Assembly: GCA_965215565.1 (NCBI GenBank)
Contig: CBDCDZ010000004.1
Coordinates: forward strand, 3,104,001 to 3,168,000
Direction of reading: 5' to 3'
DNA length: 64,000 bases
Source: Trueperaceae bacterium
Lineage (GTDB): Bacteria > Deinococcota > Deinococci > Deinococcales > Trueperaceae
In this document: in pieces, positions 10,062 through 20,022 of the stretch
Layout: the number at the start of each line of letters is the position of its first letter
Position numbering within the stretch: the first letter of the stretch is position 1
Program-made: the position numbers and the translations under genes
The notes under the pieces: generated by a model
The model's database searches: none
What the model saw: only the letters and a program-made list of their open reading frames with translations
What the model was told of the DNA's origin: nothing

Positions 10062-10559
10062 ATGCAGTCCATCAACCTCATACACGACAATTTAGAGAAG
10101 AGTGCGAGCCGCGTTCTAGCTCGAGTCGAAGAGATGCGGGCACACTGCACCGTATCCCCGACACCGAAAGGTGGTTGTCACACGTTGTGGGTACTCGGAC
10201 ACTTAGCCTACATCGAAGCGCTCGTCGTTCGAGGCTTCATGCTCACTGAGCCAAACCCGTTAGGCGAATGGAAAGAGCTTTTTGACGGAGACGAAATAGA
10301 GGATGACCCCAGCCGCTACCCTCCATTCGAGCAGGTTCTCTCTACCTGCCGCGAGATACGGCGGGCGACGATAGAACTGCTCGGTTCGCTCAGCGAAGAT
10401 GACCTTGATAAGCTGAGTCCGAACGCGCCCAAAGGTCATGAAGACACCTTCGGTAGCTACCGCCTCTGTCTACAATTCGTTTCCGACCACTGGTACATGC
10501 ACCGCGGCCAGCTAGCTGACGCACGCCGCGCTGCGGGGTTAGCGCGAATGGGACTGTGA
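10062..10559 (+). CDS. DinB family protein
   Basis: WVLGHLAY and HWYMHRGQL His triad. Confidence 0.85.
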   Translation: MQSINLIHDNLEKSASRVLARVEEMRAHCTVSPTPKGGCHTLWVLGHLAYIEALVVRGFMLTEPNPLGEWKELFDGDEIEDDPSRYPPFEQVLSTCREIRRATIELLGSLSEDDLDKLSPNAPKGHEDTFGSYRLCLQFVSDHWYMHRGQLADARRAAGLARMGL

Positions 10560-10639
10560 ATTGGGCGCGCATCCGTGTGACGTCCACGAAAATCACGCGG
10601 TTCAAACTACTGGGCGGTGAGTTGGTATAACGAGTACCG

Positions 10640-12586
10640 ATGCAAAACGCCCTCCACTTCACACCCGACGCGAAAAGACACTTCGACGACCTTCTTCCGA
10701 AGTTAGACGGCGCACTTCAGGGTCTTTCTGAACGTGACCAGCAGATTTTCAAGCTGAGGCTCGAGCGCTACTTCCAAAACCTCTTCGACGGCTTGGAGCC
10801 GCTCTACGCTAGGCGCGGCGACTTCACCGAGGTGGTGGAGCGCTTGGTGCTGCACCTGGCGAAACACTACGCCCTTCGCCCTGAAGACTTGAAGGTGTTA
10901 GACCTGGAGCGTGACCTCACTCCCGACTGGTTTCAGCGTGAAGGGGTGGTGGGCTACGTCTTCTATGTGGAGCGCTTTGCAGGAACGCTAGGAGGGGTGG
11001 GGGAGCACCTGGACTACCTAGAGGACGTCGGGGCGAACTACCTCCACCTGATGAAGGTCATCAAGGCGCGCTCGGGCGAAAACGACGGCGGCTACGCCGT
11101 AGAAGACTACCGCAAAGTCGAGCCAGAACTCGGCACGGTGGACGATTTGGAGAACCTGTGCCGGACCTTGCGTGGTAGAGGCATGAGCGTCTGCTTGGAT
11201 TTGGTCTTGAACCACTGCGCCAAAGAGCACGAGTGGGCGCAGCGGGCCCGCGCAGGCGAGCAGAAGTACCGAGACTACTTCTATATCTATAGTGACCGCA
11301 CCATGCCCGACGAGTATGAGAAGACGCTGCCCGAAGTTTTCCCGGACTTCGCGCCCGGCAACTTCTCGTTTTATCCCAAGGTGGGTTGGGTCTGGACGAC
11401 GTTCAACGAGTATCAGTGGGACCTGAACTGGAGCAACCCCGACGTGTTCGTTGAAATCGTAGATATCCTCCTTTTCTGGGCGAACAAAGGGGTTGAAATT
11501 TTTCGCCTGGACGCCGTCGCCTTTATGTGGAAGCGGCTCGGCACGAACGCTCAGAATCAGAGCGAGGTGCACGACATCTTGCAGGCTTTAAGGGCGTGCT
11601 CACGCATCGCCGCGCCCGCTGTAGCCCACAAAGCTGAAGCTATCGTCTCGCCGGACGACCTTATTCACTACTTCGGCACGGGCAAGCGCTACGGCAAGGT
11701 GTCGAACATCGCCTACCACAACTCGCTCATGGTGCAGTTTTGGTCCGCGCTAGCGAGCCGCGATACGCGCCTGATGACGCACACCTTGGGGCGCTTTCCG
11801 CGCCCGTCCGCCAGGGTTGCTTGGGGAACTTACGTCAGGTGCCACGACGACATCGGCTGGGCGGTGACCGAAGAGGACGCGGCGGCGGTAGGCTTAGACG
11901 GCGCGCTGCACCGCTCCTTTTTGTCCGACTACTATGCGGGGCACTTCGGGGGCTCGCACGCGAGGGGCGAAGTCTTTCAGTTCAACCCTGAGACGAACGA
12001 CCGGCGCATCTCGGGTACTTTTGCGAGCCTGGCGGGTTTGGAGCTTGCTTTAGAACAGCGCGACGAGCACCTCATCGCCCTCTCTACCGAGCGCATCTTA
12101 CTGGGTCACGCGCTCATCGCGGGATTTGGCGGCATCCCCCTCCTCTACATGGGCGACGAACTTGGGCTGCTCAACGACTACGACTACGTGAGGGAGCACC
12201 CGGAGGACAACCGCTGGCTGCACCGCCCTTACATGGACTGGGCGCAAGCGGCGCGGCGTCATGAGCCTGGGAGCGTGGAAGCCCGAATCTTCAGCGGCAC
12301 TCAAAAAATCATCCGCACTAGAAAGCGCTCGCCGCATTTTCACGCCTCGTACGCCGCCGATATTTTGGACAGCGGCAATCCGCACCTCTTGACTTACAGT
12401 CGTTCACATCCTTTAGGTCCCTTGGTGGCGGTCTACAACTTCTCGGAGCAGCGGCAGCACCTGCCCAGAGGGTGGCTCGCCGAGCGAGGCTTAGACGGAG
12501 CGTTCGACCTTTTAGAGCAGGCGTTCGTGATTTTTTCGGGCGACGTGCTAGATGTCGCGCCCTACGCGCGGCTCTGGCTGATTTGA
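10640..12586 (+). CDS. Amylosucrase / GH13 sucrose-active enzyme
   Basis: DGGYAV, DLVLNH, QWDLN, RLDAVAFMWK, KAEAIV, RCHDDIGW. Confidence 0.9.
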   Translation: MQNALHFTPDAKRHFDDLLPKLDGALQGLSERDQQIFKLRLERYFQNLFDGLEPLYARRGDFTEVVERLVLHLAKHYALRPEDLKVLDLERDLTPDWFQREGVVGYVFYVERFAGTLGGVGEHLDYLEDVGANYLHLMKVIKARSGENDGGYAVEDYRKVEPELGTVDDLENLCRTLRGRGMSVCLDLVLNHCAKEHEWAQRARAGEQKYRDYFYIYSDRTMPDEYEKTLPEVFPDFAPGNFSFYPKVGWVWTTFNEYQWDLNWSNPDVFVEIVDILLFWANKGVEIFRLDAVAFMWKRLGTNAQNQSEVHDILQALRACSRIAAPAVAHKAEAIVSPDDLIHYFGTGKRYGKVSNIAYHNSLMVQFWSALASRDTRLMTHTLGRFPRPSARVAWGTYVRCHDDIGWAVTEEDAAAVGLDGALHRSFLSDYYAGHFGGSHARGEVFQFNPETNDRRISGTFASLAGLELALEQRDEHLIALSTERILLGHALIAGFGGIPLLYMGDELGLLNDYDYVREHPEDNRWLHRPYMDWAQAARRHEPGSVEARIFSGTQKIIRTRKRSPHFHASYAADILDSGNPHLLTYSRSHPLGPLVAVYNFSEQRQHLPRGWLAERGLDGAFDLLEQAFVIFSGDVLDVAPYARLWLI

Positions 12587-12608
12587 GGCTGGCGGCGAAC
12601 CTGCTATA

Positions 12609-13403
12609 GTGACCGCTATGGCGGAGCGCGATATCGAGGCGTTGGAGAGCTATCAACTTATTCCCAAACTCCTTCACGACGTGGTGAACGTGGACGCCTC
12701 ATGTCAACTGCTAGGACACACCTATGACGCGCCTATCGTGCCCCTCTTGGAGCGTGCGCTAGGACGCGCCCCCACCGACATCCGCACGCTCAGCCTCGTC
12801 GATGCCGAGCTTCTTTTAGAGCACCCCGAGGTTCATTTTAACCTCAGCTTGCCACTCCTAAAGCCCGACAAGATGGGCGACTTGATGCCCAAGGTGCGTA
12901 AGCTCGCTGCGGCGGGCGTGCCCGCCTTTGCGCTCGACCTCTCCGTGTTAGCGGACACGCCCCCTTACGGCTCACACGCCTGGCGTCCGCGCACCCGCGA
13001 AGACCTAGCCGAACTCCGCGCCGCGGCGGGCGTCCCGCTCTGGCTCTACGGCGTATGCAGCGTCTCGGACGCGGACGTCGCCACCGAAGCGGGCTTAGAA
13101 GGTATCGTCGTCACCTCGGGTGCCGGGCACTTCATCAGCGGTCCCGCCGCCGCTGAAATCTTCCCCGACATCTTCGACGCGGTGGCCGGCACGATTTCGG
13201 TCTACGCAGGGGGACCGGTGCGCAGCGGCGTCGACGTGTTTCGCTACCTCGCTATCGGCGCGGAGGCGGTGGTCGTAGACAGCGATAGGTCACTCGAGAA
13301 CTTAACGGCAGAACTCCACTACGCCATGCGCGTAACGGGCTGCCGGACGCTCGCCGACATCGGTTATGAGGCGATCTTTGCACCGCTTTTTGGGGAGGTT
13401 TAG
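12609..13403 (+). CDS. Divergent FMN-dependent alpha-hydroxy-acid oxidase-like protein
   Basis: GGPVRSGVDVFRYLAIGAEAV, AMRVTGC; catalytic motifs degenerate. Confidence 0.7.
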   Translation: MTAMAERDIEALESYQLIPKLLHDVVNVDASCQLLGHTYDAPIVPLLERALGRAPTDIRTLSLVDAELLLEHPEVHFNLSLPLLKPDKMGDLMPKVRKLAAAGVPAFALDLSVLADTPPYGSHAWRPRTREDLAELRAAAGVPLWLYGVCSVSDADVATEAGLEGIVVTSGAGHFISGPAAAEIFPDIFDAVAGTISVYAGGPVRSGVDVFRYLAIGAEAVVVDSDRSLENLTAELHYAMRVTGCRTLADIGYEAIFAPLFGEV

Positions 13404-13462
13404 GTGGAGGAGGAAGTCTCGCTAAGGATGTCTGGGTCTCGGTTGATGATGGGGCGTGTCAT
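13400..13462 (-). pseudogene. Truncated DUF433-type antitoxin remnant
   Basis: GGAGG RBS then MTRPIINRDPDILSETSSST*; the first 14 aa resemble the DUF433 N-terminus. Confidence 0.55.
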
Positions 13463-13523
13463 CGCAATGTCCTCCATCTGGATTTTACGGCTCGAGGCTG
13501 TACCACATTCAGCACACGACGTT

Positions 13524-13629
13524 GCTTAACGAATTAAGCTTAGGGATGTGGGCTTGAGAGCTTGACCTCAACAAAGCTTACTCCAAGTTGCGCAAGCATA
13601 GGTAGTATCCCCGCAACGCTTAGTTATGC
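13524..13629 (-). other. attC-like integron cassette recombination site
   Basis: On the minus strand GCATAAC-taagcgttgcggggat...atccctaagcttaattc-GTTAAGC; 106 bp imperfect palindrome 30 bp after the GNAT stop. Confidence 0.55.
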
Positions 13630-13659
13630 GTACGAACTAAAATATGAGCGAGAACAAGG

Positions 13660-14327
13660 TTAGAATTCCTCTTCAGTTTGCAAGTCCATGAGTTGGATAA
13701 AATCCTGTGGCGCTTCTGTCATTCGTAGTGTGGAATACGCCCCTTTGGGCATTATATTTTCCAAATAGGGTAAAGCGATATCCAAATCATTCGTACGCTG
13801 ACCAATTTTTGGATTGGTGATGAATTGAAAGCCAAAATCTGTATAAAGCTTGATAGCACGAAAACTAGCAGGGTGGGTGTGGAGATAAATCGGAAAATCA
13901 TTTGAAGAAAGCTCACCCATGATGTTTGATAAAAGCGCACGACCGATACCTTTGCCTTCAACACTCTTTATCACTTTGAACCAGTGAATTGAGTTGAAGG
14001 AATTGTAAGCCTTCCAAATAAAAGCAGTACCAACAGGTACATCAATCTGATTACAAACAAATGAACATTTTTCGAAAAATAAGTTATCTTTTGGAGCATA
14101 AACCCTTGAAAAATACTCTGTTATAAAATCAAAATGTCGATTAGCATCATCTGGATCATCGAAATGAATTTTTTCCAGATATCCAACTCATCCTTACGAC
14201 AGTTTCTAAATTTGTACTCAAGTGGTAACGCACTCAGAGCGGACTGATTTAATTTGAAGCACACCATGAAGAGGTCTTTATTTTCTATGGCTTGAAAATT
14301 CTCGAGGGAGACATTCTGATTACTCAT
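13660..14327 (-). pseudogene. AT-rich GNAT acetyltransferase, frameshifted in an A6 run near 14169-14174
   Basis: Adding one A joins the two ORFs into ...WKKIHFDD...IHWFKVIKSVEGKGIGRALL...AIKLYTDFGF. Confidence 0.8.
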
Positions 14328-14429
14328 AAGTTAAAACAATTATGTAACTACGATTGTCGGACATTTGTCTGGTGAGGCTCCTGTGAGGGGTGTTATGCGA
14401 CACTGAGGATTTTACTACATGCCGAAACT

Positions 14430-15326
14430 TCACCCCCGCACCACTTCCCCATCCCCATACTCCACCAGCGTCAACCCCGCCCGCTTCGAAGAGGTCAGCT
14501 TACCCATATAGGGCGCAGAAAACGAGCCGGACGTAGGCGCAACGTCGCGGTAGTCGCGTCCGACGGCGACGGTGATGTAGCTCATGTTCGGGCGGCGGCG
14601 GTTGGTGGGGTCGAAGGCGTACGCTCGCAACTGGTCGCCTTCGGGAATCAAGACCTCTACCCAGGCGTGTGAGCCGCCCTCACCCAGCATGTGACCTGAG
14701 ACGTAGCGAGCCGCCACGCCCGCCTCGCGGCACAGCGCGATCATGATGTGGGCGTAGTCTTGGCACAACCCTTTGCCGATGGTGAGCGCTTCGGCGGCGG
14801 CGGTGCTCGTGTCGGTCGCGCCGAAGCCGTAGGTCATGGCTTTGCTGACCCAGTCGCTGGCGGCGTGAGCGAAGGCGAGGTCGTTTTGAGCGGTCACTTC
14901 TAAGACGTGCGCGATGCCCGAGAGGTGCTCGTCGGCGAAGGTCAGGCGGGTAGGGGAGAGGAAGTGGTCGGCTTCGTCTTCGGAAACGTAGACGGGCACG
15001 TCCTCCGCGGTGCGCGTGACGGCGCTGCTCATCTCGAAGACTAAGGGGGACTCGAGCCTCCGCGCTTTCACACTTAAAACCTCGTTGCCGAAGAGGTCAA
15101 CCTTGCGCTTGACGTTAAGGTCAGGTGTGACGTCTAAACGAAAGTCACAGCGCCGCTGATCGCCGTACTCGGTGCGCGGCGCGATCATCAGGCGGTGCGT
15201 GAGGTCTTCAATGGGACCGGGGTAGGCGTAGTGAAACCGCTGGACGAGGCTGTGTTGCACGCGCTTCACGTCAGCCCAGCGCACTTCGGAACGGTCGATG
15301 AAAGGGTTTAGGGAAGGGGAAGTCAC
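14430..15326 (-). CDS. Transglutaminase family protein
   Basis: GLCQDYAH, ARYVSG, SHAWVE, FDPTN, GRDYRD. Confidence 0.92.
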   Translation of the reverse strand: MTSPSLNPFIDRSEVRWADVKRVQHSLVQRFHYAYPGPIEDLTHRLMIAPRTEYGDQRRCDFRLDVTPDLNVKRKVDLFGNEVLSVKARRLESPLVFEMSSAVTRTAEDVPVYVSEDEADHFLSPTRLTFADEHLSGIAHVLEVTAQNDLAFAHAASDWVSKAMTYGFGATDTSTAAAEALTIGKGLCQDYAHIMIALCREAGVAARYVSGHMLGEGGSHAWVEVLIPEGDQLRAYAFDPTNRRRPNMSYITVAVGRDYRDVAPTSGSFSAPYMGKLTSSKRAGLTLVEYGDGEVVRG

Positions 15327-15398
15327 AGAGGTCTCCAGGAGAGGCGATGCGCTTCCCCATCAGTCTTTTTTATCTAACCATCAAGAGCTAGGAGAAAT

Positions 15399-16292
15399 TT
15401 AACTTGCCACCACGTTTGAGGGCTCGGGCAGGGTGAAATCTTCGCCCACCTCGTCCGCCCATACTTTCATGGTGGTGAGCCTGAGGTTGCCGTAAGAGGT
15501 CGAAAACGCGGTGTCCACGGCGTCGCGTCCGTAGGCGAGGAGCACATGCCCGGTGCGCGGGATGTTGTGCCGCGCGTCGAAGGTGCGCCACGCGCCGTCG
15601 ATGTACGCCTCGAACCAGGCGTGAAAGTCCATCGGGTTGGGGTCGGGCGGCACGTTGATGTCGGGCAAGAAGCCGGAGACGTAGCGCGCAGGGATGTTCA
15701 GCGAGCGGCAGAAGACGATGCCCAAGTGCGCGAAGTCGCGGCAGACGCCGACGCGCTCCTGGTAAGCCTCATAGCTCGAGGTTGCAGGCGTGCTCCCGGC
15801 GGTGTAGGTGACGTTCTCGTGAAGCCAGTCGCAGACCGCTTGCACCTGGGCTGAGCCTCCTTGTATATGTCCGAACATGTCCCAAGCGTCCGAAATAAAG
15901 TGCTCGATTTGGCAGTAGCGGCTCGGCAGCGTGTAGACCATGACCTCGTCGGGTAACTCCGCTACAGGCGTTTTCGGTAGGTCGTCCGGGACGGTGTTGG
16001 GGTGGGGTGGCACCTCGGCGATGGCGTCGTGAAACAGCGTGAGCTTGCCGCTGGGCGCGTCGATGCGCCACACGTGGTTGCCGAAACCGTCTCTATAGTC
16101 GTGCATGACGCCTTGCGGCTCGATGTGCTTCTGCGAGTTGACGAGGGTGTGGTACCGGCTCTCGCCGCGCGGCTCAACCGTTGCCATCATGTGTGCGCCC
16201 TGCGGCGATTCGTAGACGAGTTCGCAGCCGACTCTTACGCGAACCCCCCGTGTTTCATTGGTATTGCGGTTGTCTGCTGGCTGATGGGTCAT
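15399..16292 (-). CDS. Transglutaminase family protein
   Basis: LPSRYC, GVCRDFAH, DFHAWFE, GRDAVD. Confidence 0.92.
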   Translation of the reverse strand: MTHQPADNRNTNETRGVRVRVGCELVYESPQGAHMMATVEPRGESRYHTLVNSQKHIEPQGVMHDYRDGFGNHVWRIDAPSGKLTLFHDAIAEVPPHPNTVPDDLPKTPVAELPDEVMVYTLPSRYCQIEHFISDAWDMFGHIQGGSAQVQAVCDWLHENVTYTAGSTPATSSYEAYQERVGVCRDFAHLGIVFCRSLNIPARYVSGFLPDINVPPDPNPMDFHAWFEAYIDGAWRTFDARHNIPRTGHVLLAYGRDAVDTAFSTSYGNLRLTTMKVWADEVGEDFTLPEPSNVVAS

Positions 16293-17468
16293 TCAGATGT
16301 CCCCCCTTGAAAAGAGCTGTTCTTGCCGTTTGTCTTGCTCGTCTTGTTCTCGTTTGTCTTGTTTCTGTCCCTCTTGCGACTGGCTCTGGCTTTGACTGCC
16401 GTTTCCGCTCTGAGATTGGTTCTGGCTCTGCGAACCGTTCCCGCTCTGGCTCTGCGATTGGCTCTGATTCTGACTACCCTGAGACTGGCTCTGCGCTTGC
16501 TGCTGCGCGCTGGCGTAGTCGAAGTAGGCGCTCGAGACCGCATCCGAAAGCGCGGCTAGACCTCTTAACAGCGACTCTAAACTCGGGTCTTCCTCTTCGG
16601 TGACCTTGTTGGCGCTGGGCATGTACTCGAGCTGCGCTGCGAGCCAGCCCGCTTGACGGCTCGGCTCGGCGGAAACGTCGGGGTTGCGCGCCTCAATCTC
16701 TTTAAGCACGTCGTAAACAACGTTCGCGCTAAAGCGCACGCTGCGCGGAAAGAAGGGGTCAAGCAGTAAAAACTCGGCGATGTGGCTCGAGTCTAGGGCG
16801 CTGTGGTAGCGCTTGCGAAAGGCTTCAAAGGCGCTGATGGACTTTAGCAGCGCTATGCCTCTATGCGTCTCGACGCCGCGCGCTACCACCTCTTGCCCCT
16901 TGTACTGCCTATAGCGCACCATGAGGATGCGCAGCACGTTGTCGGTGCGCTCCAGATATTGCCCCGCTTTGAGGAAGTACCAGCCCAAGTCACGGGGCAG
17001 CGTCGCGTCGGCGGTGCCGAAAAAGAGGTAGCTCGACTCGCGCGCGGTGGCGCAGTAGTCGTGCAGGGTTTCCTGGGCGATGTCCTCGCGCGTGCCGTCG
17101 CACAGTTCTAAGTAGGCGCGGTTCAAGGTTTCCCACATCTCGGTGGAGATGCGGTCGCGCAGGGTGCGCGCGTTCTCGCGGGCGTGGGTGAGGCTCATTC
17201 TGATACTGCTCGGGTTGTCGGCGCTGACCGCTAACCACTCGGGAACCGTACTTCTATCCGCCCGTTCGAAGTGCTCGCGAAAACGCGCTTCGTCGTCTAG
17301 GATGTGGAGCAGAGGAGCCCACTGCTCGGTTACGATTCCCTTCGTACCGGGTTGCAGCGGCACCTCCACGATGGCGTGGTAGTTCACGTCCAAAAGCCGC
17401 GCGGTGTTCTCGGCGCGTTCGACGTAGCGTCCCATCCAGTAGAGGTTTTCGGCGATGCGGCTCAGCAT
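16293..17468 (-). CDS. Alpha-E domain protein with Q/S-rich tail
   Basis: MLSRIAENLYWMGRYVERAENTAR, ARENAR, FPRSV. Confidence 0.92.
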   Translation of the reverse strand: MLSRIAENLYWMGRYVERAENTARLLDVNYHAIVEVPLQPGTKGIVTEQWAPLLHILDDEARFREHFERADRSTVPEWLAVSADNPSSIRMSLTHARENARTLRDRISTEMWETLNRAYLELCDGTREDIAQETLHDYCATARESSYLFFGTADATLPRDLGWYFLKAGQYLERTDNVLRILMVRYRQYKGQEVVARGVETHRGIALLKSISAFEAFRKRYHSALDSSHIAEFLLLDPFFPRSVRFSANVVYDVLKEIEARNPDVSAEPSRQAGWLAAQLEYMPSANKVTEEEDPSLESLLRGLAALSDAVSSAYFDYASAQQQAQSQSQGSQNQSQSQSQSGNGSQSQNQSQSGNGSQSQSQSQEGQKQDKREQDEQDKRQEQLFSRGDI

Positions 17469-17601
17469 AGGCGTTCCGTTCGAGGTGAGTGCGGTTGTAG
17501 AGACGGCGCCGCGGTGGTCGGTAGTCCGTAACTAGTGGTCAGCATAAAAACCCCTCTGACTACTGATTTCTGACTACTGACACCTTTTATGGCCGCTGTT
17601 C

Positions 17602-19056
17602 TCATCCTTCTGACCCACCTTCATCCGCCAGCACCCAGGTGTCCTTCGAGCCGCCGCCCTGTGACGAGTTGACGACTAGGGAGCCGCGCTTGAGGGCGAC
17701 GCGGGTCAACCCTCCCGGCACGACGGTGATCTCTTCGCCTACCAGAATATAAGGACGCAAGTCCACATGGCAGGGCTCGAAGGCGTGGTTGTCGGCGTAG
17801 TAGGTGGGGTGGCGCGAGAGCTTCAGGACGGGCTGCGCGATGTAGTTACTCGGCGTTTCGCGCACGCGCCTGACGAACTTCTCGCAGGTCTCCTCGTCCG
17901 CCTCGGGACCGATGAGCATCCCGTAGCCCCCCGCGCCGCCCACCTCTTTGATGACGAGGTCTTGGGCGTTGTTGCAGATGTACTCGAGCTTCTCGGGGTC
18001 ACTCCCCAAATAGGTCTCGACGTTGGGCAAAATCGGTTCCTCGTTCAGGTAGTAGTCGATAATCTTAGGCACATAAGCGTACATCGCTTTGTCGTCCGCA
18101 ATGCCCGTGCCAATGGCGTTGGCGAGCGCCACGCGCCCTGCGCGGTATACGTCCACGAGCCCCGGCACGCCCAGCATCGACTCCTTGCGAAAGGCTACAG
18201 GGTCCAAAAAGTCATCGTCGATGCGGCGGTAGATGACGTCTACTTGCTCCTTGCCCCGCGTCGTGCGCATCCAGACGCGCCCGTCTTCGGCGAAGAGGTC
18301 GCGCCCCTCCACAAGCTCGACGCCCATCTGCTGCGCTAAAAAGGCGTGCTCGTAGTAGGCGCTGTTGTATTGCCCTGGCGTCAACACGACGATAGTCGGC
18401 GTCGCCACGTCCCTCGGCGAGAGGCTGCTCAGGCACTCGAAGAGCGCTGAGGTGTAGTGCGAAATCGGGCGCACGCCCCGCCCCGCCATCAGTTTGGGGA
18501 AGGAACGCGCCATCACGTTGCGGTTGACGAGCATGTACGAGACGCCGCTCGGGTTGCGCAGGTTGTCCTCTAAAACGCGGTAGGTCCCCTCCTCGTCGCG
18601 GATGAGGTCGCAACCGACGATGTGGGTGTAGGCGCGGTGCGGTACGTCGATGCCCTGCGCTTGTGGGCGGAAGTTGTTGTTGCCCAAAACGAGGTGACGT
18701 GGGATAACTTCGTCTTTGAGGATTTCTTGATTGTGATAGACGTCATCTAAAAAGAGGTTGAGCGCGCGGACGCGCTGAATAAGACCTCTTTCTAGGTGCG
18801 CCCACTCGCCTGCAGGAATCACGCGCGGAAAGGGGTCGAAGGGAAAGGTGCGTTCGGTCCCCGCCTCATCGCCGTAGACCGTAAAGGTGATGCCCTGGTT
18901 GCGGAGCGTGAGGTCGATGAGCGCGCGCCGCCGCCCGAACTCGCCTGCGCCGTAAGCGCCAAAACCCGAGACAATGTTGCTGTAGTGCTCCCTTGGGTCG
19001 TCACTCGTGCGGAACGCCTCGTCGAAGAAGCCGCCAGGTCTGTAGTCGTCAAACAT
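17602..19056 (-). CDS. Circularly permuted type 2 ATP-grasp protein
   Basis: LEDNLRNPSGVSY, YRRIDDDFLDP, PGGLTRVAL, SSQGGGSKDTWV; start placed at MFDDY. Confidence 0.94.
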   Translation of the reverse strand: MFDDYRPGGFFDEAFRTSDDPREHYSNIVSGFGAYGAGEFGRRRALIDLTLRNQGITFTVYGDEAGTERTFPFDPFPRVIPAGEWAHLERGLIQRVRALNLFLDDVYHNQEILKDEVIPRHLVLGNNNFRPQAQGIDVPHRAYTHIVGCDLIRDEEGTYRVLEDNLRNPSGVSYMLVNRNVMARSFPKLMAGRGVRPISHYTSALFECLSSLSPRDVATPTIVVLTPGQYNSAYYEHAFLAQQMGVELVEGRDLFAEDGRVWMRTTRGKEQVDVIYRRIDDDFLDPVAFRKESMLGVPGLVDVYRAGRVALANAIGTGIADDKAMYAYVPKIIDYYLNEEPILPNVETYLGSDPEKLEYICNNAQDLVIKEVGGAGGYGMLIGPEADEETCEKFVRRVRETPSNYIAQPVLKLSRHPTYYADNHAFEPCHVDLRPYILVGEEITVVPGGLTRVALKRGSLVVNSSQGGGSKDTWVLADEGGSEG

Positions 19057-19523
19057 GCGGGTGAACTGAGTTGAGAGGTGAAAGAGCCTGAACAAGCATT
19101 TGCAAAGAATATCATACCACTATGCGTGAAGAGCAAGGCGTCGGCGTTCCGGGCAACGTCCTAAGTAACACCGCAACCTCTTTCCTCAAGTTCCCCCGAG
19201 GATTTAGCGAATTGAACATAGCAGCCTAAGCAGATGTATGCTTTATCAAAAAAGTCAATAAATTCACGTAAAGGGCCCGTTGATTGCGTTATCTTTCCCG
19301 CAGCTTTGGGCACGAAGAGGAGGTTTCGACTAGGGCCGACGCTACCTCGAGGCAAAACGTTGTAACATGGATATGAGTTGTCTCTGGGTGCGCAACGTGC
19401 GAACGCGCTGAGGGGCAGCGAATGAGAGGCGAATCTAAATCAACATACTAAGCTAAGGTAGCGCTAGCCCGCTCAAAGCTAAAGGGGGGCTGAGAGGGTG
19501 GCGGCTACCCCACGAGGAGTAGA

Positions 19524-20021
19524 ATGCAACATCCCAAAGGCGTGCTTATCGAGCACTGCAAGCAGTCCGGGCTCGCCAAGCCCAAATTCGACACTAAAAA
19601 TACTGGACCCGAACACGAGCCTACCTTCGTGAGCGACGTGCTTATCCAAGGCGAGGTCTACGGCAAGGGTGAGGGCAACAACAAGCGCGAAGCTGAGCGA
19701 AAAGCGAGCGAAGCGGCACTCTCGAAGCTGAGAGGGTCTATCAGCGCGAACGGGTCTGCGCCTAATCGCGCTGCGCCCGAGCGAGAGCAGCCCGCGCAGA
19801 CCACGGACGGCAGCCCGAGCCCACAACTCGCAGACGGACCTTTCGAGGGACCGTGGCCCATCTTTCCCGAGGTGTTAGCTTCGAGCCTTGCGGTTGCTAA
19901 CAGCCGCGTAGACAGCGCCCTGCGTAACGACGAAGCGATCAGCGCAGTGCAAGACTTGGCGCTGCACCTCTACAAATCCAGTTTAGAAAACTTGGGCGAA
20001 ATCATCGAAGTCGAGGAGTAG
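19524..20021 (+). CDS. dsRNA-binding-motif protein
   Basis: HPKG.L.E..., GPEHEPTF, GKGEGNNKREAERKAS. Confidence 0.82.
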   Translation: MQHPKGVLIEHCKQSGLAKPKFDTKNTGPEHEPTFVSDVLIQGEVYGKGEGNNKREAERKASEAALSKLRGSISANGSAPNRAAPEREQPAQTTDGSPSPQLADGPFEGPWPIFPEVLASSLAVANSRVDSALRNDEAISAVQDLALHLYKSSLENLGEIIEVEE

Positions 20022-20022
20022 C

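Noticed and set aside
19140..19520. Long intergenic region as an RNA gene
   Set aside because: No convincing extended structure or recognisable motif; compatible with divergent promoters
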